This document shows, in pieces, positions 32,412-41,327 of a DNA stretch of 64,000 nt; the stretch's first letter is position 1, and each line of letters opens with the position of its first letter. Both the position numbers and the translations under genes were made by a program. The stretch covers positions 64,001 to 128,000 of the forward strand of contig CAWKAR010000060.1 of the NCBI GenBank assembly GCA_963847625.1, read 5' to 3'. The notes beneath the pieces are model-generated. The model did not search any database. It had not been told where the DNA came from and was given only the letters and a program-made list of their open reading frames with translations. Source of the stretch: a candidate division FCPU426 bacterium. Its GTDB lineage: Bacteria > Oederibacteriota > Muellerivitia > Muellerivitales > Muellerivitaceae.

Positions 32412-33032
32412 GTGAAAAAACTTCTCCTATTCATTCTTCTAAGTTTTTTGATTTTTCCTCTTTTCGCAGGTGTTTCAGTATCAAAATTTAACATTTCTGA
32501 TTACGCAATGGTTAATCTTGATTTTTTGAGGACTCATTACCAGGAAATAAATAACGGCAGATCAATCCAAATTGATGCGAATTTCTTAAACCTAAAATGG
32601 AAATCTCCCTTTGAATATAGGGAGCGATTAAAAGAAATTGGTTTAAATGTAAATAAATATAATGTCATTGAATTTACATTAAAAGAAAAAGACAATGTTC
32701 ATTATTCCTTTCCAAATCTTCTTTTTCACACGGAGTCAGGCGACCTTCACGAATTAAGTTCCCTTGTAAAAGGAGAAAGAATTATCGTTTATGGTAAATT
32801 TTATAAATTAAAAAAGTCTGAATATGTTATTGATGTGGATTTGATGGAAGTCATATTAAAAGGTGGTCATAACCGAAACTTCCTTATTGATTCCAGAATC
32901 GCTCCAACTCCAACATCTGTTCCCACAAGTACTCCTACTCCAGGTTTAAATTTATGGCAAAAATTAAATAATTTTGTCAATCCCAAGGAAACTCCAACTA
33001 TTACTGGTACTGTAACCCCCACCGTTCAATAG
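32412..33032 (+). CDS. Secreted hypothetical protein, possible OB-fold
   Basis: Signal peptide, L.KGERIIVYGK motif, Pro/Thr-rich tail. Confidence 0.6.
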   Translation: MKKLLLFILLSFLIFPLFAGVSVSKFNISDYAMVNLDFLRTHYQEINNGRSIQIDANFLNLKWKSPFEYRERLKEIGLNVNKYNVIEFTLKEKDNVHYSFPNLLFHTESGDLHELSSLVKGERIIVYGKFYKLKKSEYVIDVDLMEVILKGGHNRNFLIDSRIAPTPTSVPTSTPTPGLNLWQKLNNFVNPKETPTITGTVTPTVQ

Positions 33033-33124
33033 AAAAATTATTTAAAAAATAAACCTAACTGCTATTCAAAAATAATCTTTCTAATAATCACCCATTTAAC
33101 CCATAAACTTCTTAAAGTAAAACT

Positions 33125-34179
33125 GCCGAATTCACGGAGTAAGTGCAACACTTCGCCGGAAGACTTCCGCCGGAGTTTTAAAGCCCAAACATTTCCTGGG
33201 CCTGTTATTGAGCCATCTTTCTATGGTCCTGAATTCTTTGAAGGACACTTTAGCAAGATCAGTCTTTTTAGGCAAATGGCGGCGGACAAGACCGATAGTA
33301 TTTTCCACCGTACCTTTTTCCCAACTGTGGAAAGGGGCGCAGAAAAAGGATTTTGTACCAAGCACGTGGTTGGTTTCCAAGTGGTTGGTGTTTTCGGTTC
33401 CGTTGTCATAGGTCAGACTCAGGCGGGCGTCTTGAGGGAAGCGGCATAAAGCGCGGTTGAGGCTATGACTCATTTGGCGAGCGGTCTTTCGTTTGAGCTT
33501 TCCCAACTTGGAAAAACGGCTTTGACGCTCGACGAGAGCCCGCATAGCAACTTTACTCTGACGAGAGACCATGGTGTCGGTTTCCCAATGGCCGAATTGC
33601 TTGCGTTGATTGGCGATCTCGGAGCGCTTATCGATGGAAACACGGCCTGGGATATGGTTTTTGGCGTGCTTACGGCTGTGGCCAAATGAGAATCGTCGCC
33701 GGTGGTGTCGAACTAGGCAAGGAATCAGCTCAGTGGCTTCAGCATAAACCCACTGATAGATAGCTTCAGGACCAATGGTTTGCTTAGGCCGTAGGTGACC
33801 TAATCGACCTGAAATGAGTTCTGGAGACCAGCCTCGTTTCAATTGACGACGGACGTAGGCACGAATTCGTTTTGTTTTCAGGCGTAAACGGCGTGCTCGT
33901 TGTTGGTTGCGGTCAACATACCGTTGATGGGCTCGATGAGAAAGATAATAACCAGAACGGATAGGGGGAGCATTGCGCTTGAGTTCCCTGGAGAGGGTGG
34001 AAGGAGACCTCTTCAAGGCGCGTGAAATTGCTCGAAGGCTAAGACCCTTTCCTTTCAAGACGGATAAATGATCTCTTTCTTCAACGCTTAAATGCTTGTA
34101 TTTCTTTTTCATAGCCGCATATCCTATTCATGCGGCCTTCTTCAGACACTAAGTGTTGCACTTACTTATGGAACTCGGG
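33125..34179 (-). mobile_element. IS30-family insertion sequence (1055 bp)
   Basis: Imperfect terminal IRs with a 16-bp perfect core AGTAAGTGCAACACTT (33138-33153 / 34151-34166); ACT repeated at 33122-33124 and 34180-34182. Confidence 0.9.
33132..34112 (-). CDS. IS30-family transposase
   Basis: HTH R.PSTLSREL.RN, WSPE.I, GHWETD, TYDNGTE, WEKGTVEN, LNNRPRKCLGFKTP. Confidence 0.95.
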   Translation of the reverse strand: MKKKYKHLSVEERDHLSVLKGKGLSLRAISRALKRSPSTLSRELKRNAPPIRSGYYLSHRAHQRYVDRNQQRARRLRLKTKRIRAYVRRQLKRGWSPELISGRLGHLRPKQTIGPEAIYQWVYAEATELIPCLVRHHRRRFSFGHSRKHAKNHIPGRVSIDKRSEIANQRKQFGHWETDTMVSRQSKVAMRALVERQSRFSKLGKLKRKTARQMSHSLNRALCRFPQDARLSLTYDNGTENTNHLETNHVLGTKSFFCAPFHSWEKGTVENTIGLVRRHLPKKTDLAKVSFKEFRTIERWLNNRPRKCLGFKTPAEVFRRSVALTP

Positions 34180-34432
34180 ACTTTAACTAATTCATAAAAT
34201 CATTTATTTCAAAACAATACCAAAGAGTCATACATTTTCAACAATACCAAAATTCTATTTATTCTCATCTTTTGTTGTCCTTTATAAACTTTAAAGATCA
34301 ATAGGGAAGAACACTATTAAATTTTGACTCAGGTATACCTTTTTCTAACATCAGATGAAGTGTTTTAGAACGTTTGTACACAAAGTGAAAATGAATCCCT
34401 GACCTTCCCCCAATGTTTGATCCAAATTTAAG

Positions 34433-35263
34433 TTAGTTAAGGCCCAACTTTTCGGCCTTTGCTTCCATTGGGGTTTTTCCCCCCAAACTGCTGTGCGGTC
34501 TCTGCCAGTTATACACCTGCCTCCACCAATCCACGACTACCTGGGCCTCCGCTTTTGAAAGAAAAATTTCTTGGTTCAGGCACTCATCCCTAAACTTTCC
34601 GTTGAAACTTTCGATGAATCCATTCTGCCATGGACTCCCTGGTTCGATATATAGCACCTCTACGCCCTTCTCCTCAAGCCAGTTCCTCAGTTCTTTCGCC
34701 ACGAACTCTGGCCCGTTGTCCACCCGCAGGCACTTTGGTGTCCCGTACTCCGTCATCAACTCGTCCAGCGTCTCCAGCACGTCCCGGCTTCTCATTCGCT
34801 TCTCCGCCCGGATCTCCAAGCATTCCCTAAATCCTTCATCCAACACCGTCAAAAACTTCACCTTTCCCCCGAACCATGTCAGGTCATGCACGAAGTCCAT
34901 CGTCCACACCTCGTTGGAACCCAAAGCCGGGTGGGGCCTTCTCCATTCCGTCGGAACCCTCTTCTTCCTGGGTCTCCTGCGCGGTAATTGAAGCCCTGCT
35001 ACCTGGTAGAGCCTCTCCACCCGCTTGTGATTCACATCAAGGCCTCTGCGTTCCAACATCCACAACATCCGAGGGCTTCCGAAACGTCGGTTTCTTTGCG
35101 CTAACTTAACCATTTCCTGCAGGATCACCTGGTTCAACGGATCTTCTGGCTGGGCCTCATATCGAAAACTCGATCGATTTACCCCAAGAACATCACAGGC
35201 TCGTCTTTCCGGTACTTCCTGAGCCTTCAGGGCTTCCACCATGCCTTTTTGCTCCTCGATCAA
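34433..35263 (-). CDS. IS3-family transposase OrfB (DDE integrase core)
   Basis: WTMDF, VDNGPEF, PGSPWQNGFIESFNG, YN..RPHSSLG. Confidence 0.95.
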   Translation of the reverse strand: MIEEQKGMVEALKAQEVPERRACDVLGVNRSSFRYEAQPEDPLNQVILQEMVKLAQRNRRFGSPRMLWMLERRGLDVNHKRVERLYQVAGLQLPRRRPRKKRVPTEWRRPHPALGSNEVWTMDFVHDLTWFGGKVKFLTVLDEGFRECLEIRAEKRMRSRDVLETLDELMTEYGTPKCLRVDNGPEFVAKELRNWLEEKGVEVLYIEPGSPWQNGFIESFNGKFRDECLNQEIFLSKAEAQVVVDWWRQVYNWQRPHSSLGGKTPMEAKAEKLGLN

Positions 35264-35529
35264 TACCCCTTTTTTTTTATGTGCTCTTGGAGAACCTGAA
35301 TAGCCAGGGCCTGATCACCCGCTAACTGCTTGAGTTTCCGGTTTTCTTCTTCCAGCTGTTTGATGCGGTGGACTTCGGAAACTCCAAGGCTTCCGTACAT
35401 GCGTTTCCAGCGGTAGTAAGTCTGCTCGGAAATGCCATGCTTTCGGAGAACTTCCTCAACGGCGGGAGCTTTCTCCGCCTCGCGGAGAATAGCCACTATC
35501 TGCTCAGATAAAAACCGTTTCTTTGCCAT
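35260..35529 (-). CDS. IS3-family transposase OrfA
   Basis: EQIVAILRE..HGISEQTYYRWK..LEEEN.KLK; ends in an A9-G4 slippery run. Confidence 0.95.
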   Translation of the reverse strand: MAKKRFLSEQIVAILREAEKAPAVEEVLRKHGISEQTYYRWKRMYGSLGVSEVHRIKQLEEENRKLKQLAGDQALAIQVLQEHIKKKGY

Positions 35530-35798
35530 CTTTCCCCTCCCGATCTATAATCCAAAACTAACATATTTTTGGATCAGTTTTCGGGGGAAAGGTCATCCCT
35601 TCCTTTTAAAATCTTTCAAAAGAACACCCTTTAAATAAAAAAACAGGGCATTTTTACTGATTTAAATTCAGACGATGGATGAATGTTTATAAAACCGTTA
35701 TCGAAGGCATCGTTAGCATTGGTAAATATAGATTTAAGGTTGATGGGTTGAGACATTCATTATGTTTAGTCAAAATTTTCCGCATCGCTAAGAACATC

Positions 35799-36836
35799 TT
35801 AGGACTTGCGGTTCATCGAGCGATATTTATCCAAGACAGAGGCGACACCCTGATTTATTACGAGATTTAATAAATGGGACCCAGAAACATTTTCAAAGGC
35901 CCGGCGATGTGCTTGAAGAGTTTTGGTAGAAGCTAACTTGACATAATTCTCACTAACCATAATGCTGGAATGACCCATTAAATCCCGGATTTCGTAAACA
36001 CTGGCTCCTGATTCAGCCAACTGGGTACCAAAAGAATGTCTTAAAACATGGACCGTAAGCTCTTCTGGATTTTCCAACTTTGCCCACTGAGCTGCTTTTT
36101 TGACCCACCTCTCAAGGTAATCTGGGTGAATGGGTTTTTGTTCACTTCGTGGGCTTGTGAAAAGATGAACAACATCCTTTTTAATTTGTTTCAGGTAAAG
36201 TTTTAAAAGCTCCTTTAGAGTCTCAGTCATGGGTACCATTCGTTCCTTGTCACCCTTGCCGATAACCGTAAGCAGGCCTCGTGTTAAATCCAAATCCCGG
36301 ATTCTCAGATGTGCGATCTCAGAAACCCGAAGACCACAGTGGAAGCCCAGGAGTATGGTCAGGCTGATTTTTTGTGCCTCTAAATCGTCCATTTGGAGGC
36401 TTCGAACCAGGGCCTCACGATCCTTAGGTGGCAATGGGCGAGGATTACGCTGGGGGCTACGAATAGCAAAATTGTGAAAGACTGCCGTAGGATCCGTTGC
36501 AATATGCTGGATGGAAGCCAGATAACGATAAAAGGAGCGGGTAGAGGCTAGAATGCGCCTCATGGTACGCGTGGAATAAGCCTTTCTTGGTTTGCCGCTG
36601 GGAGTAATTCCGGGTTTTGTCAAAGAAGCTGCAAAGTGAACCATGTGTTCAGGTTGGACATGTAAAGGCGTTGCTATGTTAGAAATGTCAAAAAATTGTT
36701 TCAGGATTCGAAGATCCTGATGATAATTTTCCTTAGTGTGTGAAGATTTGCAAAGTGACAAGAAACCATCGTATGGCTTTAATTCAAAAAGGTTTTGGGA
36801 AATATTTCCTATTTTTTTTTCTAGTTTTGATTTCAT
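35799..36836 (-). CDS. Tyrosine recombinase, Xer-like
   Basis: SAM-like N-domain (RRILASTRSFYRYL); catalytic R (GLRVSE), K (GKGDKER), HVLRH, GH and Y (SENY). Confidence 0.92.
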   Translation of the reverse strand: MKSKLEKKIGNISQNLFELKPYDGFLSLCKSSHTKENYHQDLRILKQFFDISNIATPLHVQPEHMVHFAASLTKPGITPSGKPRKAYSTRTMRRILASTRSFYRYLASIQHIATDPTAVFHNFAIRSPQRNPRPLPPKDREALVRSLQMDDLEAQKISLTILLGFHCGLRVSEIAHLRIRDLDLTRGLLTVIGKGDKERMVPMTETLKELLKLYLKQIKKDVVHLFTSPRSEQKPIHPDYLERWVKKAAQWAKLENPEELTVHVLRHSFGTQLAESGASVYEIRDLMGHSSIMVSENYVKLASTKTLQAHRRAFENVSGSHLLNLVINQGVASVLDKYRSMNRKS

Positions 36837-36838
36837 TT

Positions 36839-36866
36839 ATTTGGTATAACTGCAATTATACCGAAT
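36839..36866. other. dif-like tyrosine recombinase site (11-6-11)
   Basis: ATTTGGTATAA-CTGCAA-TTATACCGAAT; arms are 10/11 inverted; has the ATAA-N6-TTAT core typical of dif sites; 2 bp upstream of the recombinase ATG. Confidence 0.8.
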
Positions 36867-37044
36867 AGCAATTGGACTGCAAGAGGTCTTTCCTTAAACT
36901 TCATTAATGCGATAAGGTACCGTTATTTCATTTTTAGCAAAGTAAATCGCACCTATTTTTAGCCGATTTTGCATTTAAAAGCTATTTTTTTAAACGATTT
37001 GCCAGAAGAATGAGGTTTTATACCTTTTCATTCGTAGTCTTAAA

Positions 37045-37818
37045 TTAGGTCGACTTTGATATAAACTCGTTTACGATATTTTGAAATTGGATAGGATTTT
37101 CTAGTGGTACCAAGTGACCAGCCTGCTCCATGACCTTCAATTGGCTATTGGGAATCGCTTTGGACATGGATTCTGCATCGGCTGCTGGTATTAATGAATC
37201 TTCATTGCCAGCTATCACTAAAACCGGGACCGTTAATCGCGACATTAGGTCGTTCTGGTCCCGTCTTTCGGCCATGGCGCGTTGGGCTAAGACGATGGCA
37301 ATGGGATCGACCATTTGGATCCAATGTTGCAGACGCTCAATAATTCTTGATTTATTAGCTAAAGTTGTCTTGCCCAAAAGCCCCGGAATCATGGCTGACG
37401 CCAAAAATTCCACGCCCTCTTTTTTCACCCGCTTAGCCATATTAAGGCGATTTTGTTTCGCTTCGGGTTTATCTAAACTTGGCCTTGTGGAAATAAAAAT
37501 TACTTTTAATATTTTATCCGGAAACTGGCGGATATACTCCATAGCCCAATATCCACCCATGGAAATGCCCCCTAACGTGATTGGTTCAGTCATTCCCCTC
37601 TCAAACAAGTGATTTTCAAGACCCTGCGCGGCTTCCGAGAGGGTTAAACCATTGGAGGGCGTGGATGAAAAACCAAATCCAGGAAAGTCAGGAAGAATCA
37701 ATCGGTAACCGGACGGGACTTTAAAATCTTGCCACATCAAGTGAGAAAGTGGGAAAGCATGTAAAAGAACAAGGGGTTTACCATTTCCAATGCTCATGGA
37801 CGATATAGTTGGGATCAT
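37045..37818 (-). CDS. Alpha/beta hydrolase
   Basis: LLHAFP, DFPGFG, nucleophile elbow GISMG, G.ED, GH. Confidence 0.92.
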   Translation of the reverse strand: MIPTISSMSIGNGKPLVLLHAFPLSHLMWQDFKVPSGYRLILPDFPGFGFSSTPSNGLTLSEAAQGLENHLFERGMTEPITLGGISMGGYWAMEYIRQFPDKILKVIFISTRPSLDKPEAKQNRLNMAKRVKKEGVEFLASAMIPGLLGKTTLANKSRIIERLQHWIQMVDPIAIVLAQRAMAERRDQNDLMSRLTVPVLVIAGNEDSLIPAADAESMSKAIPNSQLKVMEQAGHLVPLENPIQFQNIVNEFISKST

Positions 37819-37922
37819 ATTTAAAAAACCTTTTAAGAATAATTGATTTACTCATTAATGTTAAACTCATACTTTAAGAAATTGAAGTCATTTAGAGAAT
37901 TTATAAACATTTAATTAATACG

Positions 37923-38570
37923 TTAGTGATTTTGAAATTGGCATTTGTAGGTTGGATAAACATCATGCTTGAAAGTAACCCCGGATTCAAGCGAAGTAAT
38001 CCAAATTTTATTCCTTATAGGTGAAGTTCCGATTATAAGAAACTGTAAAACTTCATTTGTCATTAAACCAGCAAGTACTTTTTGAATTATTATGTTGTTC
38101 CCTATTCCGAATGCTTTAGTATTTAAAGTTTTAAAACATTGAAAACAAGGACAGGATTTTTGGTAATTAGTCAAATGGTAAATGATCAAGCTGTTTTCTG
38201 TAGTCCATCCCAAAAATACTGACTGAGGTTTCATTTGAGATATTTGTTTGATTTGTTCATTAAAATTTCTTTGATTTAAGAATGCGATTGCTGCTGAAAA
38301 TATCGGTAAGTTATCCATTTTGTATTTAAGAACTTGAATATGAACATCCGGAAACTGTTTAATGAAGGGTAAGGGACTAAAATCTGACTCTTTATTAACG
38401 AAAATGTTTTTAATACCGGTTGCCGAAAAAGCAGTTATCGCCGCTTTGAGTGCTATTTTTTCCCCCGCGATTAAAACAAAAACATCTCTCCACTTCTTTT
38501 GCCCTTCCTCGCTAATCTCAGGAATTATCAATTGCCGTGAGTAACGTTGATTCCAATTCGATTGATTCAT
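37923..38570 (-). CDS. Degenerate ThiF/MoeB-like protein
   Basis: RYSRQLIIPEISEEGQKK and CPCFQC present; GxGxxG absent. Confidence 0.7.
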   Translation of the reverse strand: MNQSNWNQRYSRQLIIPEISEEGQKKWRDVFVLIAGEKIALKAAITAFSATGIKNIFVNKESDFSPLPFIKQFPDVHIQVLKYKMDNLPIFSAAIAFLNQRNFNEQIKQISQMKPQSVFLGWTTENSLIIYHLTNYQKSCPCFQCFKTLNTKAFGIGNNIIIQKVLAGLMTNEVLQFLIIGTSPIRNKIWITSLESGVTFKHDVYPTYKCQFQNH

Positions 38571-38804
38571 TTTTTTCTTTCCATTAATCTTAGAAAGCCA
38601 TTTTAAGAAAAGACTTTTGAAACGATTTTTGTGATTTCCCTTTCAAGTTTTAACCGAAATGATAAGTAAATTCACACGATTTAAAACCATTTCCTGAAAT
38701 TTCCAAAACTTAACTTCTCAATAATTAAATGAGGTTTCTTCCAATATATAAACAATAGAGCGCGATTAAATACTAAGATAGAAACAAATTTACGAATTTT
38801 TCAT

Positions 38805-39683
38805 TTAATAACCCAAAAGAATTCCCGTTTCTATTGGAAGTACTATCAACGGACTATCAATTGAAGAAAAGTTAGCGAAATGTGTGCTTATGAAGTCTAT
38901 TGAAATTTTTCCTTGGATAAAAAATTTTGTATCTTCTCCGGCGTTGAGCGCTATACCTACTCCCCCTTCTATAAGAAAATCCACCTCGTTTGAGTTGACA
39001 GGGACATATAAAATATCATACGTTTCATCGAGTTGCGCAGTGTTGTCACTCCGGTATTCATTATAGGTAATACCCGGCCCTACGAAAATATAAGGGCAAA
39101 AATTTGATTGTGTTAATCGAGTTCTTATCCACAATGCAGCACCAACCATCATGAGATTGTTATTGTGAGTCAAAGTGTTGTTTTTCGCACTGAATTGGTT
39201 TAAAGCCAAATCCAGCCAAATTGAAAATTGTTTCGAGAACTGATATCCGCTTCCAAGATCAAAGACAAAAGAAGGACTATATGCTTTTTTGGTATTCATA
39301 CTAGGCGGTATTCCTAATCCAATACTAACAGTGGACATCCATTTTGACTCTCGTTTGGTTAAAACTGATTTATGGTGTTCCATGGACGGTCCCTCTGCCC
39401 ATAAAATTTCAGGTGCGGATGATAAAGGTGTCATAGTCGGCGTAAAGGGGCTAGATTTTGTTCCCGATAAACCGGGTGTTGGTAGGGACCCAGTAACCAT
39501 TGACGAAAATGTCGGCAATACAGTCATTGTTTCCGTTGGAGTGGGTTTTGGTTCATACGTAGGAATAAAAAGCACATTACCTGAATGAAGGATATTTAGA
39601 TTAAAGAAAAACCAGAAGCACAGAATGATCAGCGGCTTCAACAAACCAGTTGGATTTTTAAATGGTGAAATTTTATTCGTCAT
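38805..39683 (-). CDS. Probable outer-membrane beta-barrel protein with Pro/Thr-rich N-terminal linker
   Basis: ATG 39683 with GGAG; signal-like segment; PYIFVGPG and EGGVG strands; terminal aromatic residue. Confidence 0.6.
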   Translation of the reverse strand: MTNKISPFKNPTGLLKPLIILCFWFFFNLNILHSGNVLFIPTYEPKPTPTETMTVLPTFSSMVTGSLPTPGLSGTKSSPFTPTMTPLSSAPEILWAEGPSMEHHKSVLTKRESKWMSTVSIGLGIPPSMNTKKAYSPSFVFDLGSGYQFSKQFSIWLDLALNQFSAKNNTLTHNNNLMMVGAALWIRTRLTQSNFCPYIFVGPGITYNEYRSDNTAQLDETYDILYVPVNSNEVDFLIEGGVGIALNAGEDTKFFIQGKISIDFISTHFANFSSIDSPLIVLPIETGILLGY

Positions 39684-41253
39684 TACTCCGCCGTAAAACT
39701 TGTCCTGGAAATCTTCCTGTGAATGCTCCCTTTTCAAAAACGGGTTGTCCATTTACGAGGACCATATTGATCCCCCTGGGCGGTTCCCATGGTGAAACAG
39801 CCGTTGCTGTGTCCCCAATGCTTTTGAAATTAAAAACAACAATGTCTCCCCAATACCCTTCACGAATCAACCCCCTTTCGCTGAGACCTAAAAGTTTAGC
39901 CGGTTCTTCTGTTAATCGATTTATGGCCTCGGAAAGCCGAATGATCCTCTTGGTCCTTACGTATGTACCTAAAAGCCGTGGGAAGGAACCTACATCCCTA
40001 GGGTGTGGTATGGATCCGGAAGAATCGGAACCGAAAAGGATATAGGGAGATTGAATTTTCTTGATAAGACCTTCTTCCGATAACCCATGGTAGCAAATTT
40101 TAACATCGGGTCCGTTTTCAAGTAACAATGCCAATACGGTACGCTCTTCGGTTAAATTACGCTGTTTGGCCAAATCCTTGAGGGTCAACCCCAAAGCACT
40201 TTGGGAATCCTTGGCATGAACCCTGGTGATTTCTATTTTGTCTCCCCCTCCATACTCCTGCAGTCGTCTGTGGATAGAAGCTAAAACTTCATCGGTTTTG
40301 GCCTGATACAAATAGTAATCCCATCGGGTGGCTTCCTGGGGCAGGTAAAGGAACTGATAAAGCGGGATTTGTACTTCGTTTCCCCAAAAATCATAGGGAT
40401 AAACCGTTGCAAAGATGGAGTATCCTTCCCCTCGCGCATCTTCAATCAATTTTAATCCGCTTTCAGTTTGGTCCCAGTTGCTTGGCAATTTGAATAAAAG
40501 ATGTTGGATCACAATGGGAATTTTATCGGCTTTGGCCACGTGTATGGCTTCCCTGATTGCTTCCAATACATTGGAACGATAGTTTCGGATATGGGTGTAA
40601 TAAGCAGAATGCGGATAATGGGAAAGAACCGAAGTAAGTTGCTCCAATTCGGAGGGCTGGCACCATAAACCTGGTTCATATCCCAAACCACTGGAGATGC
40701 CAAAAGCACCGGCTTGTAGGGCTCCTTCGACGAAACTTTTCATTCGCCGCATATCAACATTTCCGGCGGGTTTTTCCCGCCGGTTACGAATAAACCAATC
40801 CCTCACGCTTCCCTGTCCAATAAGGGTTCCAACGTTTAAAAGCCCTTTGTGTTTTTCCAATTTTTTTAGGTTTTTTTGAACATCCAGGATGGAAAATCCG
40901 CAATTACCTGCAAGCCCGGAGGTGACTCCCTCCCGGATGGCATTTTCTTGTTCTTGGAGGGTCCAAAGCAAATCATTGTGGCAGAGAATATCCACGAATC
41001 CCGGAGCGACAACCAACCCGGAAACATCAACCGAACGATCAGTTTCAGACAAACTTAAATCACCGATTTTTGATATTTTCCCATTTAATATCCCAACATC
41101 CGCTTTAAAGGGCGGCTTCCCTGAGCCATCCACGATCAAACCGTTTTTAAGGACTAGGTTGAAGTGGAGACTTTCAGCTGCAGTTGGATAAAAACAGGAA
41201 AAAAAGAATAAACTGAAACAAACTATGATGTATTTCAAAAACACCCTCTTCAT
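39673..41253 (-). CDS. D-aminoacylase-like amidohydrolase with signal peptide
   Basis: IVDGSG, APGFVD, GNCG, HIR, GSD, HPR..GSFPR, G.WGDIVVF, VLVNG. Confidence 0.88.
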   Translation of the reverse strand: MKRVFLKYIIVCFSLFFFSCFYPTAAESLHFNLVLKNGLIVDGSGKPPFKADVGILNGKISKIGDLSLSETDRSVDVSGLVVAPGFVDILCHNDLLWTLQEQENAIREGVTSGLAGNCGFSILDVQKNLKKLEKHKGLLNVGTLIGQGSVRDWFIRNRREKPAGNVDMRRMKSFVEGALQAGAFGISSGLGYEPGLWCQPSELEQLTSVLSHYPHSAYYTHIRNYRSNVLEAIREAIHVAKADKIPIVIQHLLFKLPSNWDQTESGLKLIEDARGEGYSIFATVYPYDFWGNEVQIPLYQFLYLPQEATRWDYYLYQAKTDEVLASIHRRLQEYGGGDKIEITRVHAKDSQSALGLTLKDLAKQRNLTEERTVLALLLENGPDVKICYHGLSEEGLIKKIQSPYILFGSDSSGSIPHPRDVGSFPRLLGTYVRTKRIIRLSEAINRLTEEPAKLLGLSERGLIREGYWGDIVVFNFKSIGDTATAVSPWEPPRGINMVLVNGQPVFEKGAFTGRFPGQVLRRSNDE

Positions 41254-41327
41254 TTAATTTAGAAATTAAAAGTATAAAAAAATGTTGACTTTTAACTTCC
41301 AGAAAAGCATTTACTAATGTTTTTCTT

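Larger units (their letters stand above)
34400..35595 (-). mobile_element. IS3-family (IS407-like) insertion sequence (1196 bp)
   Basis: TG...CA ends with IRs TGACCTT(C/T)CCCC...TGATCCAAA; 4-bp target duplication TCCC (34396-34399 / 35596-35599); orfA/orfB layout. Confidence 0.93.

Noticed and set aside
33125..35595. Composite transposon or nested element
   Set aside because: The two elements are from different IS families and each has its own target duplication.
35799..36836. Integron integrase or prophage integrase
   Set aside because: No IntI-specific insertion, attC cassettes, phage genes, adjacent tRNA or flanking direct repeats were seen.
26000..39000. Horizontally acquired low-GC island
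   Set aside because: Composition changes gradually and includes core genes, with no sharp boundaries; a terminus effect fits better, though this was not computed.
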